From: an uncultured Candidatus Saccharibacteria bacterium
GTDB lineage: Bacteria > Patescibacteriota > Minisyncoccia > Phycocordibacterales > PALSA-1337
Assembly: GCA_964529025.1 (NCBI GenBank)
Contig: CAZGUZ010000004.1
Coordinates: forward strand, 4,805 to 68,804
Reading direction: 5' to 3'
Length of the DNA: 64,000 nt
In this document: positions 19,883 through 28,531 of the stretch, in pieces
Position numbering within the stretch: position 1 is the stretch's first letter
Layout: each line of letters starts with the position of its first letter
The notes under the pieces: model-generated
The model's input: the letters and a program-made list of their open reading frames with translations, nothing else
The model's database searches: none
What the model was told of the DNA's origin: nothing
Made by a program: the position numbers and the translations under genes

Positions 19883-21189
19883 ATCAAATATCTAAGTTTC
19901 AAATTGGTCTTATTGGCGCTTTCGTCCTTTTTCTTGTTGGTGGCCTTATAGCATTTGCGACATATAAGGGGAGTTCGAGTTCGACAGCACTGCCACCAAT
20001 AACTATTTGGGGAACAATACCGAGCGATACATTCGGAAGCTTTTTTCAGGTATATAATGCGACATTACCGCAACAGCTTCCCATTACGTATATTCAAAAG
20101 TCTGAAGCAACAATTAGCTCTGAATATACCGAAGCCTTAGCCCTTGATACTGGTCCCGATATTCTTTTATTGCCAAGTGATCTTGTATTCCAGAATGAAC
20201 AAAAGATTTTGCCAATTCCTGCTCAAAGTCTTACTTTGCGCACACTGCGAGATGTCTTTATTCCACTTGCCGAGCAATATGCTCGCCCCTCAGGAATTTT
20301 AGCAGTGCCGTTTGCTGTTGATCCTATGGTTATGTATTGGAATCGCGATACATTTACTAATGCCGGTTTGGCAACATATCCACGTACCTGGGGCGAGATT
20401 CAAACACTGGCTCCACGTTTTTTGGTGACTGATGCTAATAAGAATTTGCGAAAAAGCCTTGTTTCACTCGGTGAATACCGCAATGTAACCCACTCTCGAG
20501 AATTACTTGGTTTGCTTTTTATGCAAGCAGGTAATCCCGTATACTCATTGCGTTCTGGTGAGGTTATGAGTTTTCTTGGTTTTACACAAGAACTCAAAGA
20601 CATTGCAGAAGATGTAATTAGCTATTTTGTTCAGTTTGCAAACCCTGTAAGCTCTACCTATTCGTGGAATCGTACGTCACCTCAGTCGAAGAGTGCTTTT
20701 ATAGCAGGAAACCTCGGTCTTTATTTTGGATATTCATCTGAGGTTAGTGACATTAGAACAAAAAACTTTAATTTGAACTTTGATGTTGCACCAATGCCAC
20801 AAATTGCTGGTTCGGGTTTACGTATGACCTACGGCCAGATCTACGGTCTTTCTATTGCTCGCAGCTCACGTAATCCAACGGCTGCTTTCACGGTTATGAT
20901 ACAACTTGCAGACTATGCCGCTCAAAAAGAGTGGTCTGCGCAAACAAAACTACCACCTGTGCGACGTGATCTTATTGCAGAAGGCACAATTGACCCTTAT
21001 CTTACGATTTTCTATGATGGTGCACTTATTTCACGGGGCTGGATTGAGCCAAGTTCACAAGGTACCGATCGAGCATTTCAAGGTCTTGTAGAATCAGTTA
21101 TTTCAGGTAGAGAAACAAAGATCAATGCCATTACAAGAGCTCATGATGAAATGCTCGTTTTATCACAAAGAATTAATGTTAATCAATAA
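19879..21189 (+). CDS. Extracellular solute-binding protein (family 1-like)
   Basis: N-terminal TM, ITIWGT, GPDI, MYWNRDTF..AG...PRTW, FDVAPMPQ. Confidence 0.85.
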   Translation: MNQISKFQIGLIGAFVLFLVGGLIAFATYKGSSSSTALPPITIWGTIPSDTFGSFFQVYNATLPQQLPITYIQKSEATISSEYTEALALDTGPDILLLPSDLVFQNEQKILPIPAQSLTLRTLRDVFIPLAEQYARPSGILAVPFAVDPMVMYWNRDTFTNAGLATYPRTWGEIQTLAPRFLVTDANKNLRKSLVSLGEYRNVTHSRELLGLLFMQAGNPVYSLRSGEVMSFLGFTQELKDIAEDVISYFVQFANPVSSTYSWNRTSPQSKSAFIAGNLGLYFGYSSEVSDIRTKNFNLNFDVAPMPQIAGSGLRMTYGQIYGLSIARSSRNPTAAFTVMIQLADYAAQKEWSAQTKLPPVRRDLIAEGTIDPYLTIFYDGALISRGWIEPSSQGTDRAFQGLVESVISGRETKINAITRAHDEMLVLSQRINVNQ

Positions 21190-21191
21190 AT

Positions 21192-21674
21192 ATGATTTAT
21201 AAAATTATCAATTCCTTGTGGGTAAGTGTCGCTGTGTTATTTGCTGTGATTTCTGTTGTGCCTCAGCAAGCACTTGCTCAGCCAGCTCAAACGGGCGGCG
21301 CTGTACAAACAGGGCAAAACAGAGACTACAGTGGTCTTGTAAAGTGCGATGGTTTTATTAAAGATGCGAATAATAAAGAACTTCCGGGTAATTATACTGA
21401 GTGTAATTTGGCCGCTATTGTGTCCATCGTACAGGCCCTCATTAGTTGGTTTTTTGGAATATCAGGCTCACTTGCAGCATTACTCTTTATGTATGGTGGT
21501 GTTTTATACCTTTCAAATAATCCAAGTAATATAGAAAAGGCTCACCAAATATTTACCAATACCGCCCTTGGTATTGGTATTGTTGCTACAGCTTGGCTAT
21601 TTGTAAAGACAATACTTGAATTTGTTGTAAAGCCAGAATATCTATCAATCGTTACAACCTTTTTTGGAAAATAA
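21192..21674 (+). CDS. TrbC/VirB2-like pilin
   Basis: Signal peptide, Cys pair, two TM helices around YGGVLYL..NP..IEKAHQIF. Confidence 0.75.
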   Translation: MIYKIINSLWVSVAVLFAVISVVPQQALAQPAQTGGAVQTGQNRDYSGLVKCDGFIKDANNKELPGNYTECNLAAIVSIVQALISWFFGISGSLAALLFMYGGVLYLSNNPSNIEKAHQIFTNTALGIGIVATAWLFVKTILEFVVKPEYLSIVTTFFGK

Positions 21675-21675
21675 T

Positions 21676-22116
21676 ATGAAAAATAAAATTTTTGGAGCAG
21701 TGTGTGCAGTGTGGTGTACTCTATGTATCTTTTCAGCACCTCTACTTATTCAGAGTGCTCATGTTGAGCAAGCTTTTGCTCAGACCCCAACAGATAATCA
21801 AGGGCCAGCTACAACTGGTGGCGCTAGTCAATCGGGTGCAAAATTGCCTACATTGGGTAATCCGCTTAAAGTTAAATCAATTGCAGGTGTTGTTGATTTG
21901 GTTATCGGCCTTGCTTTACGCGCAGCTTTCATTGTTGCAGTCCTTGCAATAATGTACTCAGGCTTTCTGTTTGTTAAAGCGCAGGGAAGTGATGATGAAA
22001 TCACTCATGCTAAAACAGTTTTCTGGAATACGATTATTGGAGTTGCGCTTATATTTGGAGCAAGCGGTTTGGTAAAAATTATACAGGTAACTATTGAGGC
22101 CGTTAAAGCACCATAG
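21676..22116 (+). CDS. TrbC/VirB2-like pilin
   Basis: LGNPL, YSGFLFVKAQG.D.EIT.AK..FWNTIIG. Confidence 0.8.
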   Translation: MKNKIFGAVCAVWCTLCIFSAPLLIQSAHVEQAFAQTPTDNQGPATTGGASQSGAKLPTLGNPLKVKSIAGVVDLVIGLALRAAFIVAVLAIMYSGFLFVKAQGSDDEITHAKTVFWNTIIGVALIFGASGLVKIIQVTIEAVKAP

Positions 22117-22170
22117 AGAGGTTGTGGATAGTTAATAAAATTATACATGTATATGTGGCATAATATATAC

Positions 22171-22818
22171 ATGAAAACTTTAATTTTCCCTCGGTATATT
22201 TTTACAATTTTTGCTGGTGTAGTAGCATTTATTCCTTCGGTAAGTTTTGCCGCAAATAAAACACTGAGCGATCTTACATCTCTTTTGGGTTCGTATATGC
22301 AACAAGCCATATATCTTATTATGGCTTTTGCTGTTTTAACATTCGTTTGGGGAATTTATAATTATTACCTTAAGCCCGATGCTGATAGGGGTGAAGCAAT
22401 GAATTATGTTCTGTACGGTACTATTGGCTTCTTTCTCATGTTGTCATTCTGGGGCTTGGTAAATATTATTAAGAATACACTTGATCTTGATAATACTGCA
22501 CCAAGTATCCCAGTTATTCAGTCATTACAGTTTAGATCGGGTACTCCTGGGGTTGGTTCAGGCGGTGGAACATCTGGAGTTGGTTCTGGTGGGGGTACTT
22601 CCGGTGTAGGGTCAGGGAGTTCAAATTATGTGGCACCACTTCCAAACGGCTCAACTATTAATCCTGTAACCGGACAAGGCTCAGGCGGTGGTACTCCCGG
22701 ACAAGGTTCAGGTGGTGGTACTTCTGGACAAGGCTCAGGTGGAGTGCAAGGTGGAGTGGATTATACACCACCTGCGACTGGACCACTTGATTCGGGTGAT
22801 CAGCAAATCAACTCCTAG
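22171..22818 (+). CDS. Pilin-like protein with Gly/Ser-rich repeat tail
   Basis: FVWGIYNY...YGTIGFFLMLSFWGLVNII; tail of G(V/Q)GSGGGT(S/P) repeats. Confidence 0.75.
   Translation: MKTLIFPRYIFTIFAGVVAFIPSVSFAANKTLSDLTSLLGSYMQQAIYLIMAFAVLTFVWGIYNYYLKPDADRGEAMNYVLYGTIGFFLMLSFWGLVNIIKNTLDLDNTAPSIPVIQSLQFRSGTPGVGSGGGTSGVGSGGGTSGVGSGSSNYVAPLPNGSTINPVTGQGSGGGTPGQGSGGGTSGQGSGGVQGGVDYTPPATGPLDSGDQQINS
22540..22757 (+). repeat. Degenerate 27-bp coding tandem repeats (GxGSGGGTx), two blocks of about three
   Basis: GTPGVGSGG-GTSGVGSGG-GTSGVGSG and TGQGSGG-GTPGQGSGG-GTSGQGSGG. Confidence 0.85.
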
Positions 22819-22830
22819 TCTATCCCTATA

Positions 22831-23325
22831 ATGAAAACATCACTTAGTGCCATTGTTCTCGGTGTCCTTGCAGCAGTTCCTTCATTTGCTCATGCTCAGA
22901 CGCTCACAACTCTTCAGGGAGTTATTGATTATGCAGCTCGACTTGGTAATGCTATTGTTCCGATCGTTATTTCTATCGGTGTTATCTACCTCGTTATTAA
23001 TATCGTACGATGGTTTATCATTGAACCAGGTGAAGAGCGAACAGCAGCACTTTACCAGGTTCTTTGGGCAGTTCTCGGTCTTTTCCTCATCTTGTCTATC
23101 TGGGGTCTTGTGAACATTCTTCGAAATTCATTCCAAACAAATCGATCAGCTCCTACAACTGAGTTCCCAACAGTGTTTGTGCCAAATATTGGTGGCGGTG
23201 GAACAACAAGGGGATCAAGTCCTTCACCAGTATCGGGGGGTAATAGTAATTTGCAAGGAGCTGTTGATTTTACTCCCACGCAAAATAATCCACTCAATTC
23301 AGGTAATCAGCTCCTTGATTCATAG
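22831..23325 (+). CDS. Pilin-like protein (long copy)
   Basis: Signal peptide AHA-Q, two TMs, SIWGLVNIL; first 118 codons identical to 23398..23760. Confidence 0.8.
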   Translation: MKTSLSAIVLGVLAAVPSFAHAQTLTTLQGVIDYAARLGNAIVPIVISIGVIYLVINIVRWFIIEPGEERTAALYQVLWAVLGLFLILSIWGLVNILRNSFQTNRSAPTTEFPTVFVPNIGGGGTTRGSSPSPVSGGNSNLQGAVDFTPTQNNPLNSGNQLLDS

Positions 23326-23751
23326 TTCTCCACAGGGAAGAAAATGAGGTTAGTATTCTTTGGTATACTTAATATATCTTTAAAATAATTGTAACGTATG
23401 AAAACATCACTTAGTGCCATTGTTCTCGGTGTCCTTGCAGCAGTTCCTTCATTTGCTCATGCTCAGACGCTCACAACTCTTCAGGGAGTTATTGATTATG
23501 CAGCTCGACTTGGTAATGCTATTGTTCCGATCGTTATTTCTATCGGTGTTATCTACCTCGTTATTAATATCGTACGATGGTTTATCATTGAACCAGGTGA
23601 AGAGCGAACAGCAGCACTTTACCAGGTTCTTTGGGCAGTTCTCGGTCTTTTCCTCATCTTGTCTATCTGGGGTCTTGTGAACATTCTTCGAAATTCATTC
23701 CAAACAAATCGATCAGCTCCTACAACTGAGTTCCCAACAGTGTTTGTGCCA
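22831..23751 (+). repeat. 354-bp identical direct repeat (22831-23184 and 23398-23751)
   Basis: Both begin at the ATG and end at ...GTGTTTGTGCCA; no mismatch seen by eye. Confidence 0.92.
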
Positions 23752-23760
23752 CGAATTTAA
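23398..23760 (+). CDS. Pilin-like protein (short copy)
   Basis: Same body as 22831, ends PRI*; own TATACT -10 upstream. Confidence 0.8.
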   Translation: MKTSLSAIVLGVLAAVPSFAHAQTLTTLQGVIDYAARLGNAIVPIVISIGVIYLVINIVRWFIIEPGEERTAALYQVLWAVLGLFLILSIWGLVNILRNSFQTNRSAPTTEFPTVFVPRI

Positions 23761-23767
23761 TACAACT

Positions 23768-24076
23768 ATGAATTTAGGAGTTTTGATTGTGCATGCAGCA
23801 GCAAGCGACGAAGCTCTTAAAAAGGTGGATGCATATATTTCGGTTGTTGCAACAAATATATTAAATCCAATTATTGCTCTAGGTTTTGTAGCTGCAACAC
23901 TCCTCTTTGTTTGGGGAGTGTTTAGCTATATGAGGGGAGCTGCTGATTCTTCGGCTCGGGCAGATGGTGCACGCCATGTTTTGTGGGGTGTCATTGGTAT
24001 GGCAATTATGGTTTCTGTATATGGAATAATTAACTTTATTTCTGCGACAATGGTGAGTGTATTGGAAAAGCAGTAG
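23768..24076 (+). CDS. Pilin-like protein
   Basis: ILNPII...FVWGVFSY...R.DG.RHVLWGVIGMAIMVSVYGII. Confidence 0.8.
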   Translation: MNLGVLIVHAAASDEALKKVDAYISVVATNILNPIIALGFVAATLLFVWGVFSYMRGAADSSARADGARHVLWGVIGMAIMVSVYGIINFISATMVSVLEKQ

Positions 24077-24102
24077 TAATAACTGATGATTTTGGCAAAA
24101 GA

Positions 24103-24132
24103 ATAACCGCGCTTTATGGGCGCGGTATTTTG
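24103..24132. terminator. Bidirectional terminator between pilin array and convergent island genes
   Basis: ACCGCGC-TTTATGG-GCGCGGT stem with A/T flanks. Confidence 0.7.
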
Positions 24133-24151
24133 CTGGCCGAGTGACACGAGG

Positions 24152-24673
24152 TCACTCGGGCAGTTTCTCGATCCAAATTGTCGATGCCGTTTGCACGGGC
24201 GACGACTGGTCGATCCAACACTCGAGGTATGTGGCAGGCGGGTAGTGAACCCGCTTGCTGCGGTCTCCGGGTTTGGCCCGGAGCTCGAGGTTTTCGTTTG
24301 AGTCTACATCATAGATGTAGCGACGGCTCATGTAGCCGTCCACCTGGATTACGAGCCTGAGGCCCGAGCCCAGGTGCTTCTGGTCAACCGAGAGCTTGAA
24401 GTTTACAACTCCCGGCTTAATGACGGTCGGTTGCCCGACTGAGAGCGGGTACACCGTCACGGTGTACTGCCGCTCATCGCGCTCCGTCTGACGGAATGCG
24501 ACGGTGGCGGCTTCGGCCTGGGATTCCTTGCGGATTCCCGAAACCCAAGCAGTGAGGGGCTCCTTGAGAGCTGATATGATGAGTAGTCCGACGATAATCG
24601 TCACCACCCACCGAATGATACCTACGATCTTCTTTGACGGATCGTTGGCACCTTCTTTTTTCTTGTCTGCCAT
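24152..24673 (-). CDS. Hypothetical single-pass membrane protein (GC-rich orphan)
   Basis: N-terminal TM plus beta-rich C-terminal domain; coupled to the upstream gene. Confidence 0.7.
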   Translation of the reverse strand: MADKKKEGANDPSKKIVGIIRWVVTIIVGLLIISALKEPLTAWVSGIRKESQAEAATVAFRQTERDERQYTVTVYPLSVGQPTVIKPGVVNFKLSVDQKHLGSGLRLVIQVDGYMSRRYIYDVDSNENLELRAKPGDRSKRVHYPPATYLECWIDQSSPVQTASTIWIEKLPE

Positions 24674-24677
24674 AGCT

Positions 24678-25745
24678 TTACGGGGTTCCTTGGTTCATGT
24701 TGACACCAGCAGGATTCAGGTCGAATGCCCGAACAACATCAGCGATTTGCTCAGGTGAACAGCCAGTTCTTGTCATGGAGGCAATGAGCGCATCGCGCCT
24801 AGCCGCATCGTCAGCTGCTGCATTCGCAAGTGACCGCCTTTGTTCGGTGAGTCTCCTCTCCATCGCTTCATCTTCTGAAGCGGTAGTGAGTGCTAGGCTA
24901 ACAATCTTGAATCTTCCCACAGCGATGCCAAGCTCAATTTGCTTAGGATCAAGTACGGTTTTCTCCCCGTAGCTGAGTTCAAGATGAGCAAGTGCCGCAG
25001 CTTGTCCAGTAGCCCCCTGAACACTGTCAGGGGTCTTCTGGGCAAACCACTGCCTCATGTAGTTGAGCACATGAAGGCGCACCTGTTCTTCGAGGTCTGG
25101 GTAACCTTTGCATTCTCCACTGAAGAATCGCTTAGCGGTGATTCCTGCAAGAGGTCGTATGACTTGGTACTGCAAAGAGAACTCCGCACTAGCAGTTCTC
25201 TGTACGAGGGTTGTTGACCCTGAGTCGGGAAGAGGTGCGGGCATAAGTGGAAATTGATCCTTAAGAACCAGCACCCTTGGCCCCACCTTGAACTTGGTTG
25301 CCACGGTTACCCATGGCGGCTTGACTGTGACAGTGACGGGCATGAACGCTCCATCTATCACTACTGGTGGACCCGTGTAGGACATAACCTTTGTCGGGTC
25401 ATCGTCTTCGATTTCCGGTATATCGAATCCCTTAAGCTCAACTGGGAAGTTAATGCCAAAAGGGTTCTGAAGTACCAGAATTTCATCTGCTTCGGGCACA
25501 ATGAGGTGCTTTCCGATGAAGAAGAAAGTTGAAATCAAAGTGACGGCCGTGAAGGATTTTGCCCCACACTTCCACCCTGAGAATCCAATAATCTCCCCCA
25601 TGGTGTTGAAGACGAATACTGCTAGCGCAGCCACAATGAGTGATGCGACTAGCGAGAGTCCTACATACCCTAGTGGGGTAGACAGGCGGTAGCCCCATTT
25701 CTGCTTGAAGCTTGCTCCCTGAGTTCTAGCTATTAATGTTGACAT
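24678..25745 (-). CDS. Membrane protein, possibly SPFH/band-7-like
   Basis: Two N-terminal TMs, AEFSLQYQV, IELGIAVGRFKIVSL, Ala/Glu/Arg coiled-coil tail. Confidence 0.55.
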   Translation of the reverse strand: MSTLIARTQGASFKQKWGYRLSTPLGYVGLSLVASLIVAALAVFVFNTMGEIIGFSGWKCGAKSFTAVTLISTFFFIGKHLIVPEADEILVLQNPFGINFPVELKGFDIPEIEDDDPTKVMSYTGPPVVIDGAFMPVTVTVKPPWVTVATKFKVGPRVLVLKDQFPLMPAPLPDSGSTTLVQRTASAEFSLQYQVIRPLAGITAKRFFSGECKGYPDLEEQVRLHVLNYMRQWFAQKTPDSVQGATGQAAALAHLELSYGEKTVLDPKQIELGIAVGRFKIVSLALTTASEDEAMERRLTEQRRSLANAAADDAARRDALIASMTRTGCSPEQIADVVRAFDLNPAGVNMNQGTP

Positions 25746-25787
25746 GTAATGAACTTACCATTTGTTGAATGGCACCTTTCTGTATAT

Positions 25788-25816
25788 ATATTACAATATA
25801 AAATATAGAATGTCAA
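25788..25816 (-). promoter_or_regulatory. sigma70-type promoter for 25745
   Basis: TTGACA-N17-TAATAT on minus strand. Confidence 0.65.
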
Positions 25817-25850
25817 ATATGTTAAATTATGAAAATTAGACAAAAGGAAA

Positions 25851-25880
25851 GGCGCGCCGCAAGCGGCGCGCCGATTTTGT
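25851..25880. terminator. Intrinsic terminator after 25900..26601
   Basis: GGCGCGCCG-CAAG-CGGCGCGCC with A/T flanks. Confidence 0.8.
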
Positions 25881-25899
25881 TGTACTACTGCCCGCACCG

Positions 25900-26601
25900 T
25901 TATTCCGGCGTGAACAGGACGATCCGAGGATCGTTACCGTCGTTCGAGATCTCAAACCTCCTGACGGGCATAGGTTTCTTCTGCCACTCGGCAAAAGGGA
26001 TTGTGCCACCGGTTTCAAGGAGGACGTTGATGACAACCCCTGGATCGGGGTCGATGTTGAATCTTACTCGATTACTGATCGTCACGGTGGCGACCTCGCC
26101 ACCGAGGAGTGAGATCGAGCCAACCTGGCTCGAGGTTGTCCAGACATACTCGAGTTGGGGCACCTTAACCTTCCTCTGCGCCTTTTCAGGCTCAGAATAT
26201 GTGCGTTCTGCACGTACCGACCCCGTTGGAGGACGGACGAGAGTAGAGCGCTCAAGGTGATGGTTCTCGTTGTCCAACTGGTCCTCCAACGCAGCGAGTT
26301 TCTTTCGAAGCTCCGCAGCGTCGCGGATTGCCGTGTCACGCGAATGTTCAATTCTCGAGACGTGGTTGGTGAGTTCGCGAATGCGGGCTTCCGAACCGCT
26401 TTCGACATCGTGCCGTCGAGGAGTTGTTGGCGAGTTCGTTGCACCGGCCGTGGTGGCCGCAGTTCGCTTCTCAGCAACCAACTGCCCCCCAAGCCAGTGC
26501 CGAACACTCGGCACGAAGAGGAGGGCGCAGGCCGTGATGATCACGAGCTTGAACCAATGAGCTTTGACGAATTTCCAAATAGCTGCCCAAATTGCTGTCA
26601 T
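25900..26601 (-). CDS. Hypothetical membrane-anchored coiled-coil protein (GC-rich orphan)
   Basis: N-terminal TM, Thr/Ala linker, coiled coil, beta-rich C-terminus. Confidence 0.7.
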   Translation of the reverse strand: MTAIWAAIWKFVKAHWFKLVIITACALLFVPSVRHWLGGQLVAEKRTAATTAGATNSPTTPRRHDVESGSEARIRELTNHVSRIEHSRDTAIRDAAELRKKLAALEDQLDNENHHLERSTLVRPPTGSVRAERTYSEPEKAQRKVKVPQLEYVWTTSSQVGSISLLGGEVATVTISNRVRFNIDPDPGVVINVLLETGGTIPFAEWQKKPMPVRRFEISNDGNDPRIVLFTPE

Positions 26602-26644
26602 GATTCCTTTCTGCCCGTACCTTCATGGTACGAGATCTGTTAAT

Positions 26645-26673
26645 ATCTTATCATACTTAAGCAGCAATGTCAA
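26645..26673 (-). promoter_or_regulatory. sigma70-type promoter for 26601
   Basis: TTGACA-N17-TAAGAT on minus strand. Confidence 0.65.
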
Positions 26674-26787
26674 TAGCTTGAGGTAACGTATTTAATATGA
26701 GAATCCTGCTGTTCTTTTTGCTATAAAATCTATGGTGTTAAAAAGAGTGCAGAAAAAACCGCAAATGCGGTTTAAATAATGTTAAAT

Positions 26788-26872
26788 TGGTGCTGGAGGG
26801 GAGACTCGAACTCCCACGGGTTACCCCGCTTGCTCCTAAGGCAAGTGCGTATACCAATTCCGCCACCCCAGC
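26788..26872 (-). tRNA. tRNA-Leu(TAG)
   Basis: Cloverleaf, anticodon arm CTTGC-CTTAGGA-GCAAG, long variable arm, encoded CCA. Confidence 0.95.
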
Positions 26873-26876
26873 AATG

Positions 26877-26949
26877 TGCTCCCAGTAGGATTCGAACCTA
26901 CGACCAATCGCTTAAGAGGCGAGTGCTCTACCAACTGAGCTATAGGAGC
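26877..26949 (-). tRNA. tRNA-Lys(CTT)
   Basis: GCTCCTATAGCTCAGTTGGTAGAGC...CTCTTAA...GGTTCGAATCC; CCA not encoded. Confidence 0.93.
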
Positions 26950-27022
26950 TTGATAGAAAATATACCTTAAAACTTGATTTTGAGCAATGCTTGAGTGACT
27001 GTGCTAGGGGAATTGAATGGGT

Positions 27023-27140
27023 GAATCGGTCACGCGTTAAAATTGCTACACAATTTTACGCTCGACCCCGCCTCCTGTGCACCGGTTCGCTACGCTCACA
27101 TCGGTGCTACAGTCCGGCTTTCGATTCCCGCCTCGGGCAC
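27023..27140 (-). repeat. tRNA-3'-end-armed structured element, copy C (tRNA-Leu(TAA) arm)
   Basis: Minus strand GTGCCCGAGGCGGGAATCGAA-AGCCGGA-[hairpin]-AGGCGGGGTCGA-[hairpin]-GTGACC-GATTC; 27120-27140 is the perfect inverted repeat of 27173-27193. Confidence 0.88.
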
Positions 27141-27173
27141 TTAAATAAGCGCTTTCGCGCTTATAAAATACTG

Positions 27174-27255
27174 TGCCCGAGGCGGGAATCGAACCCGCAC
27201 GCCGTGAGGCCGCCGATTTTAAGTCGACTACGTATACCAGTTCCGTCACTCGGGC
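27174..27255 (-). tRNA. tRNA-Leu(TAA)
   Basis: GCCCGAG/CTCGGGC acceptor, anticodon loop CTTAAAA, long variable arm. Confidence 0.95.
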
Positions 27256-27349
27256 TTAATGGCTAGTATAGCTATATTTGGGCTTATGGTAAAGCGCAGA
27301 GAGCCTTGGAGTGGGCTATAAACTGTATGAGAGGGGTTTTAAAAAAGAC

Positions 27350-28033
27350 TTAAGAAAGCGGTTCTCTTGGTACATCTTTTTCTGCTACTTGAGCAAGCTT
27401 TGGTCGAACGATTTCGAGGAAAATATAGATTGCAACAAGGGCTACAATTGTACCACCGACAACAACAATACTCAAAACAAGAGGGTTCTTAATGATATCA
27501 ACGGTAGCTCCAAAGCCTACGAGTATAACTGTGGGTATAAGGCCAATGATACTGTGTATCCAAATAAAGCGCGAGAACTTAATCTTAGTTAAGCCAGCTG
27601 CATATGATACGACTTCTGGTAGTGGGGCAAAGACGATGCGGGCTATGATAAAGCCACGCATGTCTTCCATATAGGTTAGGACTGCATCGACATACTGTTC
27701 GCTTTTTGCATCAAGTAAAGCGTTAACGATCTTGCGGCCATAGATTCGAGAAATATAAAAGCTTATTACTGAACCCAATAAGTCACCAAGGACTATATAG
27801 AGCATTCCAAACCAAGGACCAAAAATCAAACCAGCAACAGGGTACAGGGGTGAGCCTGATATTGGGGCAGCAACGATGGTTGTTGCTTTAAGTAAAATAA
27901 GGACAATTGGAGCCCAAATGCCTGCTTTTGCTACGTATTCCTGGGCAGTATCAATAGGAATAAAGAATGAGGCTATAACAAAAGCTCCCAAAAGAGCAGC
28001 TACACCGAGCATTGTTCCGTATGATTTTTTCAT
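27350..28033 (-). CDS. VTT domain (TVP38/DedA/SNARE-associated) membrane protein
   Basis: APISGSPL..VAGLIFG, SFYISRIYGR, EVVSYAAGLT.IKF; the track's longer start lies inside tRNA-Cys. Confidence 0.88.
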   Translation of the reverse strand: MKKSYGTMLGVAALLGAFVIASFFIPIDTAQEYVAKAGIWAPIVLILLKATTIVAAPISGSPLYPVAGLIFGPWFGMLYIVLGDLLGSVISFYISRIYGRKIVNALLDAKSEQYVDAVLTYMEDMRGFIIARIVFAPLPEVVSYAAGLTKIKFSRFIWIHSIIGLIPTVILVGFGATVDIIKNPLVLSIVVVGGTIVALVAIYIFLEIVRPKLAQVAEKDVPREPLS

Positions 28034-28034
28034 G

Positions 28035-28108
28035 AGGCGTAGGCCGGGATCGAACCGGCGCATAGCAGTTTTGCAGACTGCCGCGTTGACCAACTTCGCC
28101 ACTACGCC
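28035..28108 (-). tRNA. tRNA-Cys(GCA)
   Basis: GGCGTAG/CTACGCC acceptor, U73 discriminator, anticodon loop CTGCAAA. Confidence 0.95.
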
Positions 28109-28150
28109 AACTGTGCCATACTAGAATAGCACAAAAACTCACGATATTCA

Positions 28151-28522
28151 TTATTTAATATCTGACTGTACTTCGGGGTTCGAAGAAATTTCTTCAATGC
28201 GCTGGCGATTCTTTTCGCCAACATCGAGAATAAAGTCAAAACGAGGAATTCTAAAGAGTCGAGATTTTTCTGTTACATAGCTTCGTAGATCGCTGCGCAT
28301 ACGTTTCAAAAATTCAAGTGCTGTTTCGGCCATTGAATCTGGTAGAACGGTAACGAAAATTCGAGCTTCGCGGCCTCGGTCAATGAGTTCGACACGAGTT
28401 ACAGTAATAAGAGAGGTGCGATTTGATTCACGCTCAATAAAATCTGCTGCGAGACTCTTAATAATATCGGTCATTCGACCATCTTTTTGACTTGAAGTTT
28501 TTTCTGTAATGAATCCTCCCAT
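28151..28522 (-). CDS. rbfA: Ribosome-binding factor A
   Basis: ITVTRVEL...ARIFVTV...IPRFDFILD; follows infB. Confidence 0.9.
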   Translation of the reverse strand: MGGFITEKTSSQKDGRMTDIIKSLAADFIERESNRTSLITVTRVELIDRGREARIFVTVLPDSMAETALEFLKRMRSDLRSYVTEKSRLFRIPRFDFILDVGEKNRQRIEEISSNPEVQSDIK

Positions 28523-28531
28523 ATATTTAAG

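Noticed and set aside
26779-27266. ORFs 26779..26970, 26991..27266 and 27046..27249
   Set aside because: They are readings through tRNA genes and element C.
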